64,000 nucleotides of DNA from Candidatus Uhrbacteria bacterium (GTDB lineage Bacteria > Patescibacteriota > Patescibacteriia > UBA9934 > GWF2-40-263), in assembly GCA_023246355.1 (NCBI GenBank), contig JAHFIQ010000004.1, positions 2,697-66,696 on the forward strand. The letters are read 5' to 3'. The first letter of the stretch is position 1; each line of letters starts with the position of its first letter. The position numbers were made by a program, and so were the translations under genes. A model generated the notes under the pieces. The model saw only the letters and a list, made by a program, of their open reading frames with translations, ran no database searches and was not told the origin of the DNA. Shown in pieces: positions 10,046-19,885 of this stretch.

Positions 10046-10093
10046 GCCTCTCGGCTCACACGGTCCCTCCATCCGAGGGATTTTCTATTTCTG

Positions 10094-10116
10094 AGTTGGA
10101 AGCCTGGCTCCCAACT
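10094..10116. repeat. REP-like palindrome
   Basis: agttggaagcctggctcccaact; second copy at 29134-29154. Confidence 0.65.
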
Positions 10117-10126
10117 GGATAAAAAT

Positions 10127-10155
10127 TTGACACAAAAAGCCTCGTTCGCTATCCT
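10127..10155 (+). promoter_or_regulatory. rplJ promoter
   Basis: TTGACA-N17-TATCCT. Confidence 0.7.
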
Positions 10156-10164
10156 AGGCCTCGA

Positions 10165-10270
10165 ACTGAAGATTTGCCGTAGACAACGAGCTGGCTTGGC
10201 CATAAGTCTCGTCGAGGTAAAAGGTTTCGGCCTTTTTCTACTGCGGCGCAAGTCAGCAGTTTTTTATACC
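10165..10270 (+). ncRNA. L10 leader (r-protein autoregulatory element)
   Basis: CCGTAGACAACGAG...TAAGTCTCGTCGAGG pattern plus stems directly 5' of rplJ. Confidence 0.7.
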
Positions 10271-10286
10271 TAAAGGTCGAACAACT

Positions 10287-10805
10287 ATGCCAAAAACACG
10301 TGCTCAGAAAGAAGAAATTCTGGACGAGCTCTCGGAGAAACTTTCACGCATCAAGTCCGCCGTGTTCACCTCGGTCTCTGGGTACACCATGGACGACGCC
10401 AATGCCCTGCGACAAAAAGGTCGTACACAAGGTGTCGAACTGGTGGTTGCCAAGAAAACCCTTCTCACACGAGCCCTTGAGAAAAATGGCCTCCAGGTGA
10501 AAGAAGAGGATCTGACAGGAAGCATTCTCACCACGCTTGGATACCAAGACGAGATCGCTCCTTCAAAGCTCATGGCCGCATTCACAAAAGATCGTGAAGG
10601 CATGAAGGTCATCGGTGGAATTTTGGAGGGGGTCTTCGTGGGGTCAGAGGCCATCAAACAGCTGGCCACCTTGCCAAGTCGCGAAGAGCTTCTCTCAAAA
10701 CTCGTTGGCTCGCTCAATGCTCCTGCCTCAGGGTTTGTGAATGTCCTTGCTGGAAATTTGCGTGGCCTTGTCCAAGTGCTCAATGCTATTGGTGCAGTTA
10801 AATAA
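10287..10805 (+). CDS. rplJ: 50S ribosomal protein L10
   Basis: VAKKTL, LATLPSREELL..LVGSLNAP. Confidence 0.97.
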   Translation: MPKTRAQKEEILDELSEKLSRIKSAVFTSVSGYTMDDANALRQKGRTQGVELVVAKKTLLTRALEKNGLQVKEEDLTGSILTTLGYQDEIAPSKLMAAFTKDREGMKVIGGILEGVFVGSEAIKQLATLPSREELLSKLVGSLNAPASGFVNVLAGNLRGLVQVLNAIGAVK

Positions 10806-10813
10806 TTTAAAAA

Positions 10814-10872
10814 GAGTAGCAAGTATTTAGTAGCAGGTAGCAAGTATACATGCTACTTGATACTTGCTACTC
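10814..10872. repeat. inverted heptamer hairpin element, empty copy (between rplJ and rplL)
   Basis: gagtagcaagtat...atacttgctactc. Confidence 0.9.
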
Positions 10873-10889
10873 ACTTACTACGCTTCCCT

Positions 10890-11288
10890 ATGTCCGACGA
10901 AACACTCGAGGTTCCTGCCAAGTTTCAGGATCTCGTCTCCACGATTGAAAAAATGTCCGTGCTCGATCTTGCTGAACTCGTCAAAGTGCTTGAAAAGAAA
11001 TTTGGGGTGAGCGCAGCCGCTCCTGCCATGATGATGGCTGCTGGCCCTGCCGCCGGTGCTGCCGCCGCGGAAGAGAAAACCAGCTTCGATGTGGAGCTGA
11101 CGGCTGCCGGAGAGAACAAAATCAACGCCATCAAAGCTGTGCGTGCGATCACCGGGCTTGGCCTCAAAGAGGCAAAGGACTTGGTCGACGGCGCTCCCAA
11201 GATGGTGAAGGAAGGTGTCGATAAGGCCACGGCCGATGACATCAAGAAACAACTGGAAGAAGCTGGCGCCAAAGTGACAGTCAAGTAA
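10890..11288 (+). CDS. rplL: 50S ribosomal protein L7/L12
   Basis: [27 protein letters not shown]. Confidence 0.98.
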   Translation: MSDETLEVPAKFQDLVSTIEKMSVLDLAELVKVLEKKFGVSAAAPAMMMAAGPAAGAAAAEEKTSFDVELTAAGENKINAIKAVRAITGLGLKEAKDLVDGAPKMVKEGVDKATADDIKKQLEEAGAKVTVK

Positions 11289-11292
11289 AAAT

Positions 11293-11328
11293 AAAAATCC
11301 CGCCCTGAGAACGGACGGGATTTTTTTA
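11293..11328. terminator. bidirectional intrinsic terminator
   Basis: aaaaatcccg...cgggattttttt. Confidence 0.8.
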
Positions 11329-11703
11329 TTCACTCACACGCTTCAGAACCGCTCCTTCGATTTGGATCACATCTGGATCATCCGTTGTGACCACGGTCAT
11401 GTCATATTCTTTACTGCCATCGCTGAAGGTTTTTCTCACGGTCATGGATCCATCCAGGAAACGTTCCGTGATGGAGTACGTTCCATCTTCTTTGTAGTAT
11501 GAGTCCGTGGTGAGCGTGTAATGGCGATTTTCAAAGGTATACTCCATCCACCAAGGGTATTCATCCGCACTGGTCCCTTCGGCTCGCCAGGTGCCGGTGA
11601 GTTCGTCTGCGTAGATGTCGGTACTGTGGAGCTTTGGCCAGAGCAGCATGCCTCCTACAACGACAGCGGCGATGGTGAGAACGATCCAGTGATGTGCTTT
11701 CAT
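11326..11703 (-). CDS. hypothetical exported protein (lipocalin-like)
   Basis: N-terminal TM; LTGTW motif. Confidence 0.75.
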   Translation of the reverse strand: MKAHHWIVLTIAAVVVGGMLLWPKLHSTDIYADELTGTWRAEGTSADEYPWWMEYTFENRHYTLTTDSYYKEDGTYSITERFLDGSMTVRKTFSDGSKEYDMTVVTTDDPDVIQIEGAVLKRVSE

Positions 11704-11705
11704 AC

Positions 11706-13940
11706 CTATTTGATGTGACTCGCGGCGATAGAATAAATTTTCGATCCTGCTAAAAGATAAATGGTATAGCCCTCTTCGTCAACCACGAAGTCCGTCAGGC
11801 TTGCAAAGGCGCCTGAGCGATATTGCACAACAAATTCGCCGCTCTCCTTTTCAAAGACGATCAGTCGATTCGTCGCAGGTTCCAGAATGTACAGGTAGTT
11901 GCTTTCTGGGCTTGTCCACATTTTCGTGGCGTTTGTGATCGCTGGATCCACGACACCCACATCCCAGCCTTCTTCGCTGCCACTGGCAAATCGAGTGATG
12001 TTCCCATTTTTCATGAGCACGTAGACATTCCCATCCACCGCGAGAGAGATCGCACTATCAAATGAAACCGTCCGCGAGGTGATCCAGTTAGATTCACCTG
12101 AGAACTTGGATCCGCTTCGATCAAATCTCAAAATTTGGCCTTCTTGTCCGCCGGTGCTTGGCCGAAGGACGTACAGACGACTGGCATAGGCTTCTAAATC
12201 CACCCACGTGTTTGAACCGGCTCCTGTGGCTTCAAGTGTGGCGTCCTCTGGAGAGACGAAGTACACGTTTCCGTCTTCACCCAAGAAGTACAAACGGCCC
12301 TCTTCTTCAGAGGCAGACAGGGCAGGAGACGCTTTGGCGTCGTCGCCGATGGTCACTTCAAAGCGCTTGGTCTCGCGGTTGAAGGTATAGATGCGGCCAT
12401 CGGAACCGAAGACGAAGAGTTGACCTTCGCGCTCAATCAAACTATTTCCGAACACACCATCACTCAGATTTGCCAGATCGCCTAGGAGGGGAGGATTGGG
12501 AATAGTGACCACATGTCGAATTTCATCCAGGGCGTTTTCCAGATCCGTGGTCAGGGCGGCCGCTTTGGAGGCACGTTCGGGTGTGTCTGTCGGCAGTTCT
12601 GAAATGAGGGTCTCAGCATTCATGTAGAGGCTTCGCGCTTGATCTTCGTCTTTGTAAATGACCGCTCCACCGGCTCTCTCCATCAGATCATCTATCGTTG
12701 TGAGGCGCTCCTGATACGTTTTTTCTTCGGCTGATCGTGCCTGAGACTGTGAGAGAAATGAAATCCCAACAACCAAGACAACCACCGCGACGCCGATTCC
12801 CAGCAGTAAAAATTTTGTGGCGCGAGGAATACGCTGTGTTCGACGGACTGCCTGTTTTATACGCTCCAGTCCTGTTTCCTTGCTGAGACGGATACGTTTT
12901 TTTAGGCGCGTCCGTTCTTGTTCGTTCGAGAGGGTTTTGATCGCCTGGGTGGTGTGTTTCCATGAACGTTTTCCGAGAAAAAACAGCACACGCCAGAGCA
13001 TGCGTCCTACTCGTTTGATGGCCACCAGGCTTGAGTCCCGCGCGTTCAAGTCTTGTAAGATGCGTGACTTGCTCTGGGTTCGATGTTTGATCCAGGCTAC
13101 GAGTGATTGAACGAGAGATGAGAGTTTTGGACGTTGATCCTCAAGGAGGTCATGGGTTTCAGATTCCATGCGTTGAAACTCATCGACCGACACGTCCGCC
13201 TTTGCCATGGCAGATCGAGCGTCCAAGGTCGAAACAGAGAGTTCTGGTCCACCCACTTTGACGACCGTCAGCAAGAGCCCATCTTTATGAGAAAAATACT
13301 GACGGATTTTTTCGACGGAACTCACTGGAGGGAGGGTGCAGAGAATTTGGTTGAGCTCCTCAGGGGGAATGGCTTGTTGGAGATCGCGATCGCAGACGCA
13401 GAAGACATCACCAGGATGCAGGTCGCCATCCAAGACCACGGCGAATGGCTTTTCCCAGGTTGGGAGAGACTGCTCGGTTTGGATGCCACGGAAGAGATTA
13501 AAAATTTGATAGCGCTGAGAAGGTTTTTTGTGGAGGAACAGTGCGGTGAGTTCTCCGGTTCCGGAGAGAAACATCTGACGAGAGGACGCAACACCCACCA
13601 GGGCATGAACGTGTTCAATCGGGAGGACAAAACGCCCATCACGAACATGGGAGGAAAGGGTTTCATTGAGTGCACCAAGGAATTGTTCAAAGCGGTGCTG
13701 AGGATTGGCTTCTTTTCCGAAGGAGTCAGCCAGGCGATGGATTTGGTCGTTCAAGACCTGGAGAAAAAGGTCAGAGTCTGCGTTTTCTTTTTTCGTGTAC
13801 GCCAGCATGAACACAAAACCTCCTCGATCTTGAACCGGGAGAAGGATGGAAACGCCACGGATATGCTCATCGGGTGACTCGGGCTCCCACTGAGCGGCTT
13901 TGATTTCGGTTGGCATACGATTTGCTCTGATTTCCAGCAT
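11706..13940 (-). CDS. membrane protein with degenerate PP2C-like N-domain and C-terminal beta-propeller
   Basis: long ORF; single TM (FLLLGIGVAVVVLVVGI); NHL-like repeats; TATAAT 7 nt before ATG 13940. Confidence 0.8.
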   Translation of the reverse strand: MLEIRANRMPTEIKAAQWEPESPDEHIRGVSILLPVQDRGGFVFMLAYTKKENADSDLFLQVLNDQIHRLADSFGKEANPQHRFEQFLGALNETLSSHVRDGRFVLPIEHVHALVGVASSRQMFLSGTGELTALFLHKKPSQRYQIFNLFRGIQTEQSLPTWEKPFAVVLDGDLHPGDVFCVCDRDLQQAIPPEELNQILCTLPPVSSVEKIRQYFSHKDGLLLTVVKVGGPELSVSTLDARSAMAKADVSVDEFQRMESETHDLLEDQRPKLSSLVQSLVAWIKHRTQSKSRILQDLNARDSSLVAIKRVGRMLWRVLFFLGKRSWKHTTQAIKTLSNEQERTRLKKRIRLSKETGLERIKQAVRRTQRIPRATKFLLLGIGVAVVVLVVGISFLSQSQARSAEEKTYQERLTTIDDLMERAGGAVIYKDEDQARSLYMNAETLISELPTDTPERASKAAALTTDLENALDEIRHVVTIPNPPLLGDLANLSDGVFGNSLIEREGQLFVFGSDGRIYTFNRETKRFEVTIGDDAKASPALSASEEEGRLYFLGEDGNVYFVSPEDATLEATGAGSNTWVDLEAYASRLYVLRPSTGGQEGQILRFDRSGSKFSGESNWITSRTVSFDSAISLAVDGNVYVLMKNGNITRFASGSEEGWDVGVVDPAITNATKMWTSPESNYLYILEPATNRLIVFEKESGEFVVQYRSGAFASLTDFVVDEEGYTIYLLAGSKIYSIAASHIK

Positions 13941-13986
13941 TGTGTACATTATACCCGGATCGATTCAAGGCGCAAACTAGGCCATT

Positions 13987-14592
13987 ATGAACAAAAAACC
14001 GTTCAAGCTTGAACAGATGTTTGGTTCAAAAACGCGTGCCCATCTCTTGGCGCTTTTTCTTCAGCATTCAGAAGAATCGTTCTTTGTTCGGGAACTGACA
14101 CGACGTGTGAACGCACAGCTCAACTCGGTTCGTCGAGAACTGAAGAACTTGGTTGATCTGAATCTGATCGTTGAGAAAGTCGGTGCAGACAAACAATCAA
14201 AAAAACTTTCTGAGAAGAAAAAATACTACGCCGTGAATACGGATTTTATTCTTTATGAAGATTTGCGATCGCTCTTTCAGAAAGTCCAAATTCTTTTGAA
14301 ACAAAATCTTGTCCAAGAGATTCAAGAGAAAGGTCACATTGATTATTTTGCATTCACCGGACGATTCGTTGACGCTCCTGACATTCCCACAGATATTTTG
14401 ATTGTCGGCGCTATCAAGCAGGCAGACTTGGAAAAAATGATCAGCAAGTTTGAGTCGGAGATTCCCTACGAGATCAACTACACCCTCATGCCCAAGGATG
14501 AGTTTCTCGATCGCCGTCAGGTGGCGGATCGCTTCCTCTTTTCGGTATTGAATGGAGAGAAAGTTGTCATGATTGATCGTCTGAGCCATTAA
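13987..14592 (+). CDS. winged-helix regulator with nucleotidyltransferase-like C-domain
   Basis: FGSKTR..FVRELTR..LNSVRRELKNL; TDILIVG, INYT. Confidence 0.8.
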   Translation: MNKKPFKLEQMFGSKTRAHLLALFLQHSEESFFVRELTRRVNAQLNSVRRELKNLVDLNLIVEKVGADKQSKKLSEKKKYYAVNTDFILYEDLRSLFQKVQILLKQNLVQEIQEKGHIDYFAFTGRFVDAPDIPTDILIVGAIKQADLEKMISKFESEIPYEINYTLMPKDEFLDRRQVADRFLFSVLNGEKVVMIDRLSH

Positions 14593-14595
14593 TGT

Positions 14596-15000
14596 ATGGA
14601 ACTTGCGATCCTTGCTCAGAACATTGATTCTCTCAGTCTTGCGTTGGTGGTTCAAGGAAACATTCTGCATCAGAGGATGGTTTCTGGGTCACCTGAGCAG
14701 TACTTGAAGTTGATCGATGAGACACTTCATGAGTGGGGGACCGTGCTGAGCGAGCTCTCGGGCGTGTTTATTGTCACAGGTCCTGGATCGTTTACTTCCA
14801 GCCGAGTGAGCACCACCATCGCCAATACGTTGGCATTTGCCCTATCGATTCCTGTCACAGCTGTTGAAAATCCAGATCATCTTTCACTTGAGGAACTACT
14901 CAGATCCACAACGATAGACCGTGTCACAGCTCCTTTTGCTCTGCCTAGCTATAATCGTCCGGCGAATATTACTTACCCTAAGGCAGGGCCTGCATCGTGA
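14596..15000 (+). CDS. tsaB: tRNA t6A biosynthesis protein TsaB (short form)
   Basis: GPGSFTSSRV motif. Confidence 0.85.
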   Translation: MELAILAQNIDSLSLALVVQGNILHQRMVSGSPEQYLKLIDETLHEWGTVLSELSGVFIVTGPGSFTSSRVSTTIANTLAFALSIPVTAVENPDHLSLEELLRSTTIDRVTAPFALPSYNRPANITYPKAGPAS

Positions 15001-15095
15001 CAGGACCCGCCTCCATGGGGATAAACCGTTGGATGGGACTCCTTTTTAGGTGGTACAGTAGACTTAATTACTAATTCATCTTCAATTTTGCTTCT

Positions 15096-15776
15096 ATGCC
15101 TTTTTCCTACGAAGTGCTTCAGGGCCCGCTCCTTTCGCTCTGGAACACCATCATTGCCTACCTTCCAAATGTGGTCGGGGCGATTGTGGTGTTTCTCATT
15201 GGCCTCATTGTGGCTATGGTTTTACGCTCTGCGGTCGAAAAAATCGTTGCGCTGTTGCGCATTGATGAAATTGCCAAAAAACTTGAGCTGACCCATCAGT
15301 TTGAGCGTGTGGGATTGCGACTCCACATTGGTGGCTTGCTTGGCTGGATTGTGAAGTGGTTCTTCGTAATCATTGCGCTCATTGCCGCCACGGACGTGTT
15401 GGGTTGGGATCAAGTCACGGATTATTTGCAGCAGGTGGTCCTGTTCATTCCAAACGTTATCATTGCGGTGATCATTCTGCTCGCAGGAATCCTCTTGGGG
15501 AACTTTGTGCAGAACGTGGTGAAGTCAGCTGTGGAAGCCGCACAACTTGCCTCAGCAGAATTTCTCTCCGGCATTGCCAAGTGGTCGATTCTCATCTTTA
15601 GCTTCATGGCCGCGATGGTACAGTTGCAGATTGCCCCTGAACTGATCCGCGTTTTGTTCACGGGCCTGGTCGCGATGTTGGCTCTTGCTGGTGGTTTGGC
15701 CTTTGGCCTTGGTGGCAAGGAACACGCCCATCAATTCTTGAATCGGTTGAAGAAAGATATTTCATCAGAGAAATAA
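15096..15776 (+). CDS. CmpX-like TM-helix-repeat membrane protein (MscS N-terminal-like)
   Basis: two P-N-x-I/V-x-A repeats; AFGLGG. Confidence 0.85.
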   Translation: MPFSYEVLQGPLLSLWNTIIAYLPNVVGAIVVFLIGLIVAMVLRSAVEKIVALLRIDEIAKKLELTHQFERVGLRLHIGGLLGWIVKWFFVIIALIAATDVLGWDQVTDYLQQVVLFIPNVIIAVIILLAGILLGNFVQNVVKSAVEAAQLASAEFLSGIAKWSILIFSFMAAMVQLQIAPELIRVLFTGLVAMLALAGGLAFGLGGKEHAHQFLNRLKKDISSEK

Positions 15777-17261
15777 ATGACAGATCAGTATCAGTACGGA
15801 CAATCGCGTTTTTGGGAAATGTTCCCCGGCCTGTTGGTTTGGGGGACATTTACGTTTGCGCTTCTCTTGTCTTTTTTGGCTCCTTTGTGGGTGATCGTGT
15901 TCATTCTCATTTTCGATTTGCTCTGGCTCTATCGCGTGTTGTACTTCAATATCTTTGTGCTGATTTCCTGGAAACGGCACCGAGACACCGCGAGCATTGA
16001 CTGGCAGGCAAAGCTCGCAGAGCTGCCGCAGGCAAAGGACATGATCCATCTGGTTTTTTTGCCAACGTACAAAGAAGGCTATCCGATTATTCAGGAGACC
16101 CTTCGTTCACTGCGGGAGAATCGTTTTCCCAACAAACAACTCATGATTGTCTTAGGTGGAGAAGAGGGTGATGCTGAGGCATTTGCCCGACATGCTCTTC
16201 GTGCCAAAAAAGAATTCGGCAACGTGTTTAAGGAATTGATCGTGACGGTTCATCCAAAAGGTTTGGTCGGAGAAATTCCTGGGAAGGGATCGAATTTGAA
16301 TTGGATGGGACATCAGGTGGAAACGTTTTTGCAGACCAACTATCCAGATCTCAAGGACGAAGAGGTCATCGTCTCGTCGTTTGATATCGACACGATTGCG
16401 CACCCACAGTATTTCTCCTACCTCACCTATCTGTACTGCACGACTCAGAGTCCAACACGTTCCTCCTACCAACCCATCGCGTTGTTTTCCAACAACATTT
16501 GGAGAGCCTCAGCGCCTGTGAGGATCGCCGCGTTTGGCACGACCTTCTGGTTGTTCGGTGAGCTCACACGTCCAGACCGTCTGTGGACCTTCTCCTCTCA
16601 CTCCATGCCGTGGAAGATGTTGCGCGATGTCCGGTTTTGGCAGAAAGATATTGTGAGTGAAGACTCACGCATTTTCATGCAAGCGTTTTTGCACTATCAC
16701 GGCGACTACCGCGTAACACCATTGTTTTTGCCCGTGTCCATGGACGCGGTCAGTGGAAAAAATTATTGGGAGTCGCTCAAAGGTCTCTATGTCCAGATGC
16801 GTCGCTGGGCCTGGGGCGTGGAGCATCTTCCGTATTTGGTGCATGGATTTAGAAAGGACAAACAAATTCCGCGCTGGAAAAAGGTGAAGTATTTTTTCAA
16901 TCACGTCGAAGGGATGTACACGTGGGCCACAGCTCCTATAACGATGTTTGTTCTGGGCTGGCTGCCTCTGTGGGTTGCCAAGGGGGAGACGAATGCGCTC
17001 ATTCAGGCCGCGCCGTTTACCCTGGAGCAAATCATGCAATGGGCTATGATCGGTGTGTTTATTTCAGCCGTGATGTCCCTGACGTTGCTTCCACGCAGGC
17101 CTCAGGAGGTGAGGTCTCATGCCTGGATCGTGATGTTGTTCCAGTGGATTCTCTTGCCTGTCACCTTTATTCTGTTTGGCTCCTTTCCTGCGATCGACGC
17201 CCAGACGAGATTGATGCTGGGAAAGTATCTTGGATTTCATGTGACAAAAAAAGCTCGCTGA
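15777..17261 (+). CDS. membrane glycosyltransferase family 2
   Basis: GKGSNL, DID, SED, QMRRWAWG motifs. Confidence 0.9.
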   Translation: MTDQYQYGQSRFWEMFPGLLVWGTFTFALLLSFLAPLWVIVFILIFDLLWLYRVLYFNIFVLISWKRHRDTASIDWQAKLAELPQAKDMIHLVFLPTYKEGYPIIQETLRSLRENRFPNKQLMIVLGGEEGDAEAFARHALRAKKEFGNVFKELIVTVHPKGLVGEIPGKGSNLNWMGHQVETFLQTNYPDLKDEEVIVSSFDIDTIAHPQYFSYLTYLYCTTQSPTRSSYQPIALFSNNIWRASAPVRIAAFGTTFWLFGELTRPDRLWTFSSHSMPWKMLRDVRFWQKDIVSEDSRIFMQAFLHYHGDYRVTPLFLPVSMDAVSGKNYWESLKGLYVQMRRWAWGVEHLPYLVHGFRKDKQIPRWKKVKYFFNHVEGMYTWATAPITMFVLGWLPLWVAKGETNALIQAAPFTLEQIMQWAMIGVFISAVMSLTLLPRRPQEVRSHAWIVMLFQWILLPVTFILFGSFPAIDAQTRLMLGKYLGFHVTKKAR

Positions 17262-17266
17262 TTGTG

Positions 17267-17443
17267 TGATTTCCAAAGTAAGGCGCTGTTGAAAAACCGT
17301 CACGGAAGGCCGCACGACTCATTCGATAGGTTAGAAGCATTTTTCTTGCGGCCTGAGTGACGAGGGGCGCCGAGCTCGACCGTTGGGAATAAGCTAAGGT
17401 GGGCGACCCCGTGTTTTGAAACAGCGCCTTGCTTTGGAAATCA
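17267..17443 (-). repeat. structured repeat family B, copy 1
   Basis: 24-bp terminal inverted repeat (1 G-U/mismatch); core homologous to 21857-22024. Confidence 0.85.
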
Positions 17444-18154
17444 TCTAGTTTCCTTGAGCACAATCCTTTTTTCAAATCCTCCGCGTTCCTCGCGTTTTTT
17501 TGTTTGGATGAGCTGGAGCTGTTCGCGTGGCACTTTCTGCAGAGCCGTCAGGCTGTGAACGACTTCCAGGATGTCTGCCAGTTCTTCCGTGTCTCCACTC
17601 TCAAGATATTCGAGGACCTCCTCAGCAAGTTTTGCGCGAAGACGTTCTCCGTACTCTTGTAGGTCGGCCGTGTAGAAGTTGGCATGACCTGCTTGTGACT
17701 CAATGATTTCAATGATCTTGTCACGCACCAGTTTATCGTGGAAGACGGCAAGTGGATGATAGCCCTGGGCAAGATGACTTTGGACAGGAGCAAACAAGGG
17801 AGAGGGAAGGGATTCCCACTCAAACCATTCCCAGCCTGAACACTTTTCTGGTTCACAGTTTCGTGCTTCACCCGAGCTCCAGTCAGCACGCATCCAGATG
17901 GTCACATAGTGAGTGCTCCAGTCTGGCTGGTGGTTGTCAACGACGCCACCGAAACGGATATTTTGGATTTCAATCCCAGCTTCTTCCATTGTTTCTCGCC
18001 GTACGCATTGTTCCCAGGTTTCTCCAAATTCTAAATGTCCACCAGGCGGACACCAACTGTGCGCTCCGTGAGCACCCAGACGTTTGCCAAGCAGAACCTT
18101 GCCGTCTTTGACGATCCAGACACCGGTCCCAACTTTTGGTCGTTCAGGATTCAT
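17441..18154 (-). CDS. Nudix hydrolase (NUDT15/MutT-like) fused to MazG/HisE-like NTP pyrophosphohydrolase
   Basis: [16 protein letters not shown] Nudix box; [24 protein letters not shown]. Confidence 0.88.
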   Translation of the reverse strand: MNPERPKVGTGVWIVKDGKVLLGKRLGAHGAHSWCPPGGHLEFGETWEQCVRRETMEEAGIEIQNIRFGGVVDNHQPDWSTHYVTIWMRADWSSGEARNCEPEKCSGWEWFEWESLPSPLFAPVQSHLAQGYHPLAVFHDKLVRDKIIEIIESQAGHANFYTADLQEYGERLRAKLAEEVLEYLESGDTEELADILEVVHSLTALQKVPREQLQLIQTKKREERGGFEKRIVLKETR

Positions 18155-18783
18155 ACAGAGACAATAGAAAGAAGGTCTAAGAGATTCGTAAATAAATGAT
18201 CTGGTCGTTCAGACGCAAGAGCTTCTCGTGTGTGGTAGCCGGTTGCAACTCCTGCGGTCACGAGTCCGGCTTCCCGCGCTGAGGTGATATCGTGCGTCGT
18301 GTCTCCCACATAGAGGCTTCTGGCTCGATCGACGTTCAGAATCTGGCAGACGTCCTTCAGAGCGGAAATTTTATTGCGTGCGTCGCCGTGCAGGATTTCA
18401 AAAAACGGCGCGAGTAGATAGTCCTGTGCCTCTTGTTTCAAAAACACGGTTGGATGTGAACTCACGACGGCCGTGGGGATACCTGCCTTTTTGATCTGCA
18501 CAAGAACCTCGTGAGCGTCAGGATACACCTGGGGTCGTACGCCAACCTCGAGTGATTGTTGAAAGTAGGTTCGATAGAGCGCGTAGATCTCATCGCCAGA
18601 ATCTGTGACGCCCTGTTCTCGATAAAACTCGATCGGCGTCATCCTGGTCGTTTGAAAGAATTCCTCGAACGTATTGTTCGCGAGGCCATAGTGCGCCCGC
18701 AGGCCTTTGTTGGCTTCATACACGGGCCGTCGGTCATCGCTGAGCGTCCCGGACCAGTCGAAAATAACGGCATCGAATTTCAT
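18151..18783 (-). CDS. HAD-family phosphatase
   Basis: [15 protein letters not shown] motifs. Confidence 0.9.
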   Translation of the reverse strand: MKFDAVIFDWSGTLSDDRRPVYEANKGLRAHYGLANNTFEEFFQTTRMTPIEFYREQGVTDSGDEIYALYRTYFQQSLEVGVRPQVYPDAHEVLVQIKKAGIPTAVVSSHPTVFLKQEAQDYLLAPFFEILHGDARNKISALKDVCQILNVDRARSLYVGDTTHDITSAREAGLVTAGVATGYHTREALASERPDHLFTNLLDLLSIVSV

Positions 18784-18824
18784 AGTTTGTTTTCCGGTTC
18801 GTCTTTGTTTATGATATGCCCGTT

Positions 18825-19871
18825 ATGTATCCAAACGTTTCGATCAACATCGTTGCCTGGAACTCCATGAAGTTTATTCCAGACCTCATGAAGTCCATTA
18901 TGGCCCAGACCTACCGGGACTTCAATGTGGTTATCGTTGACAACGGTTCCAACGATGGGGTGGAGGCATACGTGCGTGAACACTATCCTGATGTTGTGCT
19001 GATTCGCAATGCACGTAATCTTGGCTTTGCTCCGGCGCACAATCAAGGGATTCGCTATGCGCTTGAACATTGGACAGAGACAGACGTGAAAGATCGATTT
19101 GTTCTTGTCACGAATCCAGACATTATTTTTACTCCAACGTACTTGGAAGAGCTGATGGCTCAGGTCCATGCGCATCCTGAGTGCGGAAGTTTTGGAGGAA
19201 AACTTCTCCGGGCCTTTGGAGAGAATCTGACAGACGAAGTGATGAAGGAAACCATTCACTCAGATCGCATTGATTCCACAGGGCTCAATCCTCATCGAAA
19301 TTTTACCGTAACGGATCGTGGAGCAGGGGAAATGGATGAGGGGCAATTTGATACGCAGGGACCGGTGTTTGGGATCAGCGGAGCGCTCGTGCTCTATCGC
19401 GCTGCCGCTTTGCAAGACGCTCGATACAAAGATGAATTCTTTGATCATCATTTTTTTGCGTACAAAGAAGATGTGGATTTGGCCTGGCGTCTCCAACAGC
19501 TTGGCTGGGACGCCCTTTACGTTCCGCAGGCAAAAGCTTTCCATTATCGTGGAATGTATGGTCCTGAGAAGAGCGGTCTCATGCAAAAACTTCGCAACTG
19601 GCGAACAAAATCCGCTATTCGGAATTTTTACTCCACGCGCAATCAGTGGCTTCTGCTCATGAAAAACATGGAGGTCGTTCATGCCATCTTGGCCCTGCCC
19701 TGGCTGCTTCCGTACGAGACGGCTCGGTTTGTCTATGTGGTGCTTTTCGATCGTGGTTTGAAGGCCTTCTTGGGAGCCCTCGCACTTTCTCCGGTCATGC
19801 TCAAAAAGAGACAGGCCACGCGTCTGAAACAGAAACGTTCAGGCAGCGAAATACGTCGATGGTTCATTTGA
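18825..19871 (+). CDS. glycosyltransferase family 2
   Basis: VDNGSND, NLGFA, NPD, YKEDVDL. Confidence 0.92.
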   Translation: MYPNVSINIVAWNSMKFIPDLMKSIMAQTYRDFNVVIVDNGSNDGVEAYVREHYPDVVLIRNARNLGFAPAHNQGIRYALEHWTETDVKDRFVLVTNPDIIFTPTYLEELMAQVHAHPECGSFGGKLLRAFGENLTDEVMKETIHSDRIDSTGLNPHRNFTVTDRGAGEMDEGQFDTQGPVFGISGALVLYRAAALQDARYKDEFFDHHFFAYKEDVDLAWRLQQLGWDALYVPQAKAFHYRGMYGPEKSGLMQKLRNWRTKSAIRNFYSTRNQWLLLMKNMEVVHAILALPWLLPYETARFVYVVLFDRGLKAFLGALALSPVMLKKRQATRLKQKRSGSEIRRWFI

Positions 19872-19885
19872 GGTATACTGAACCC

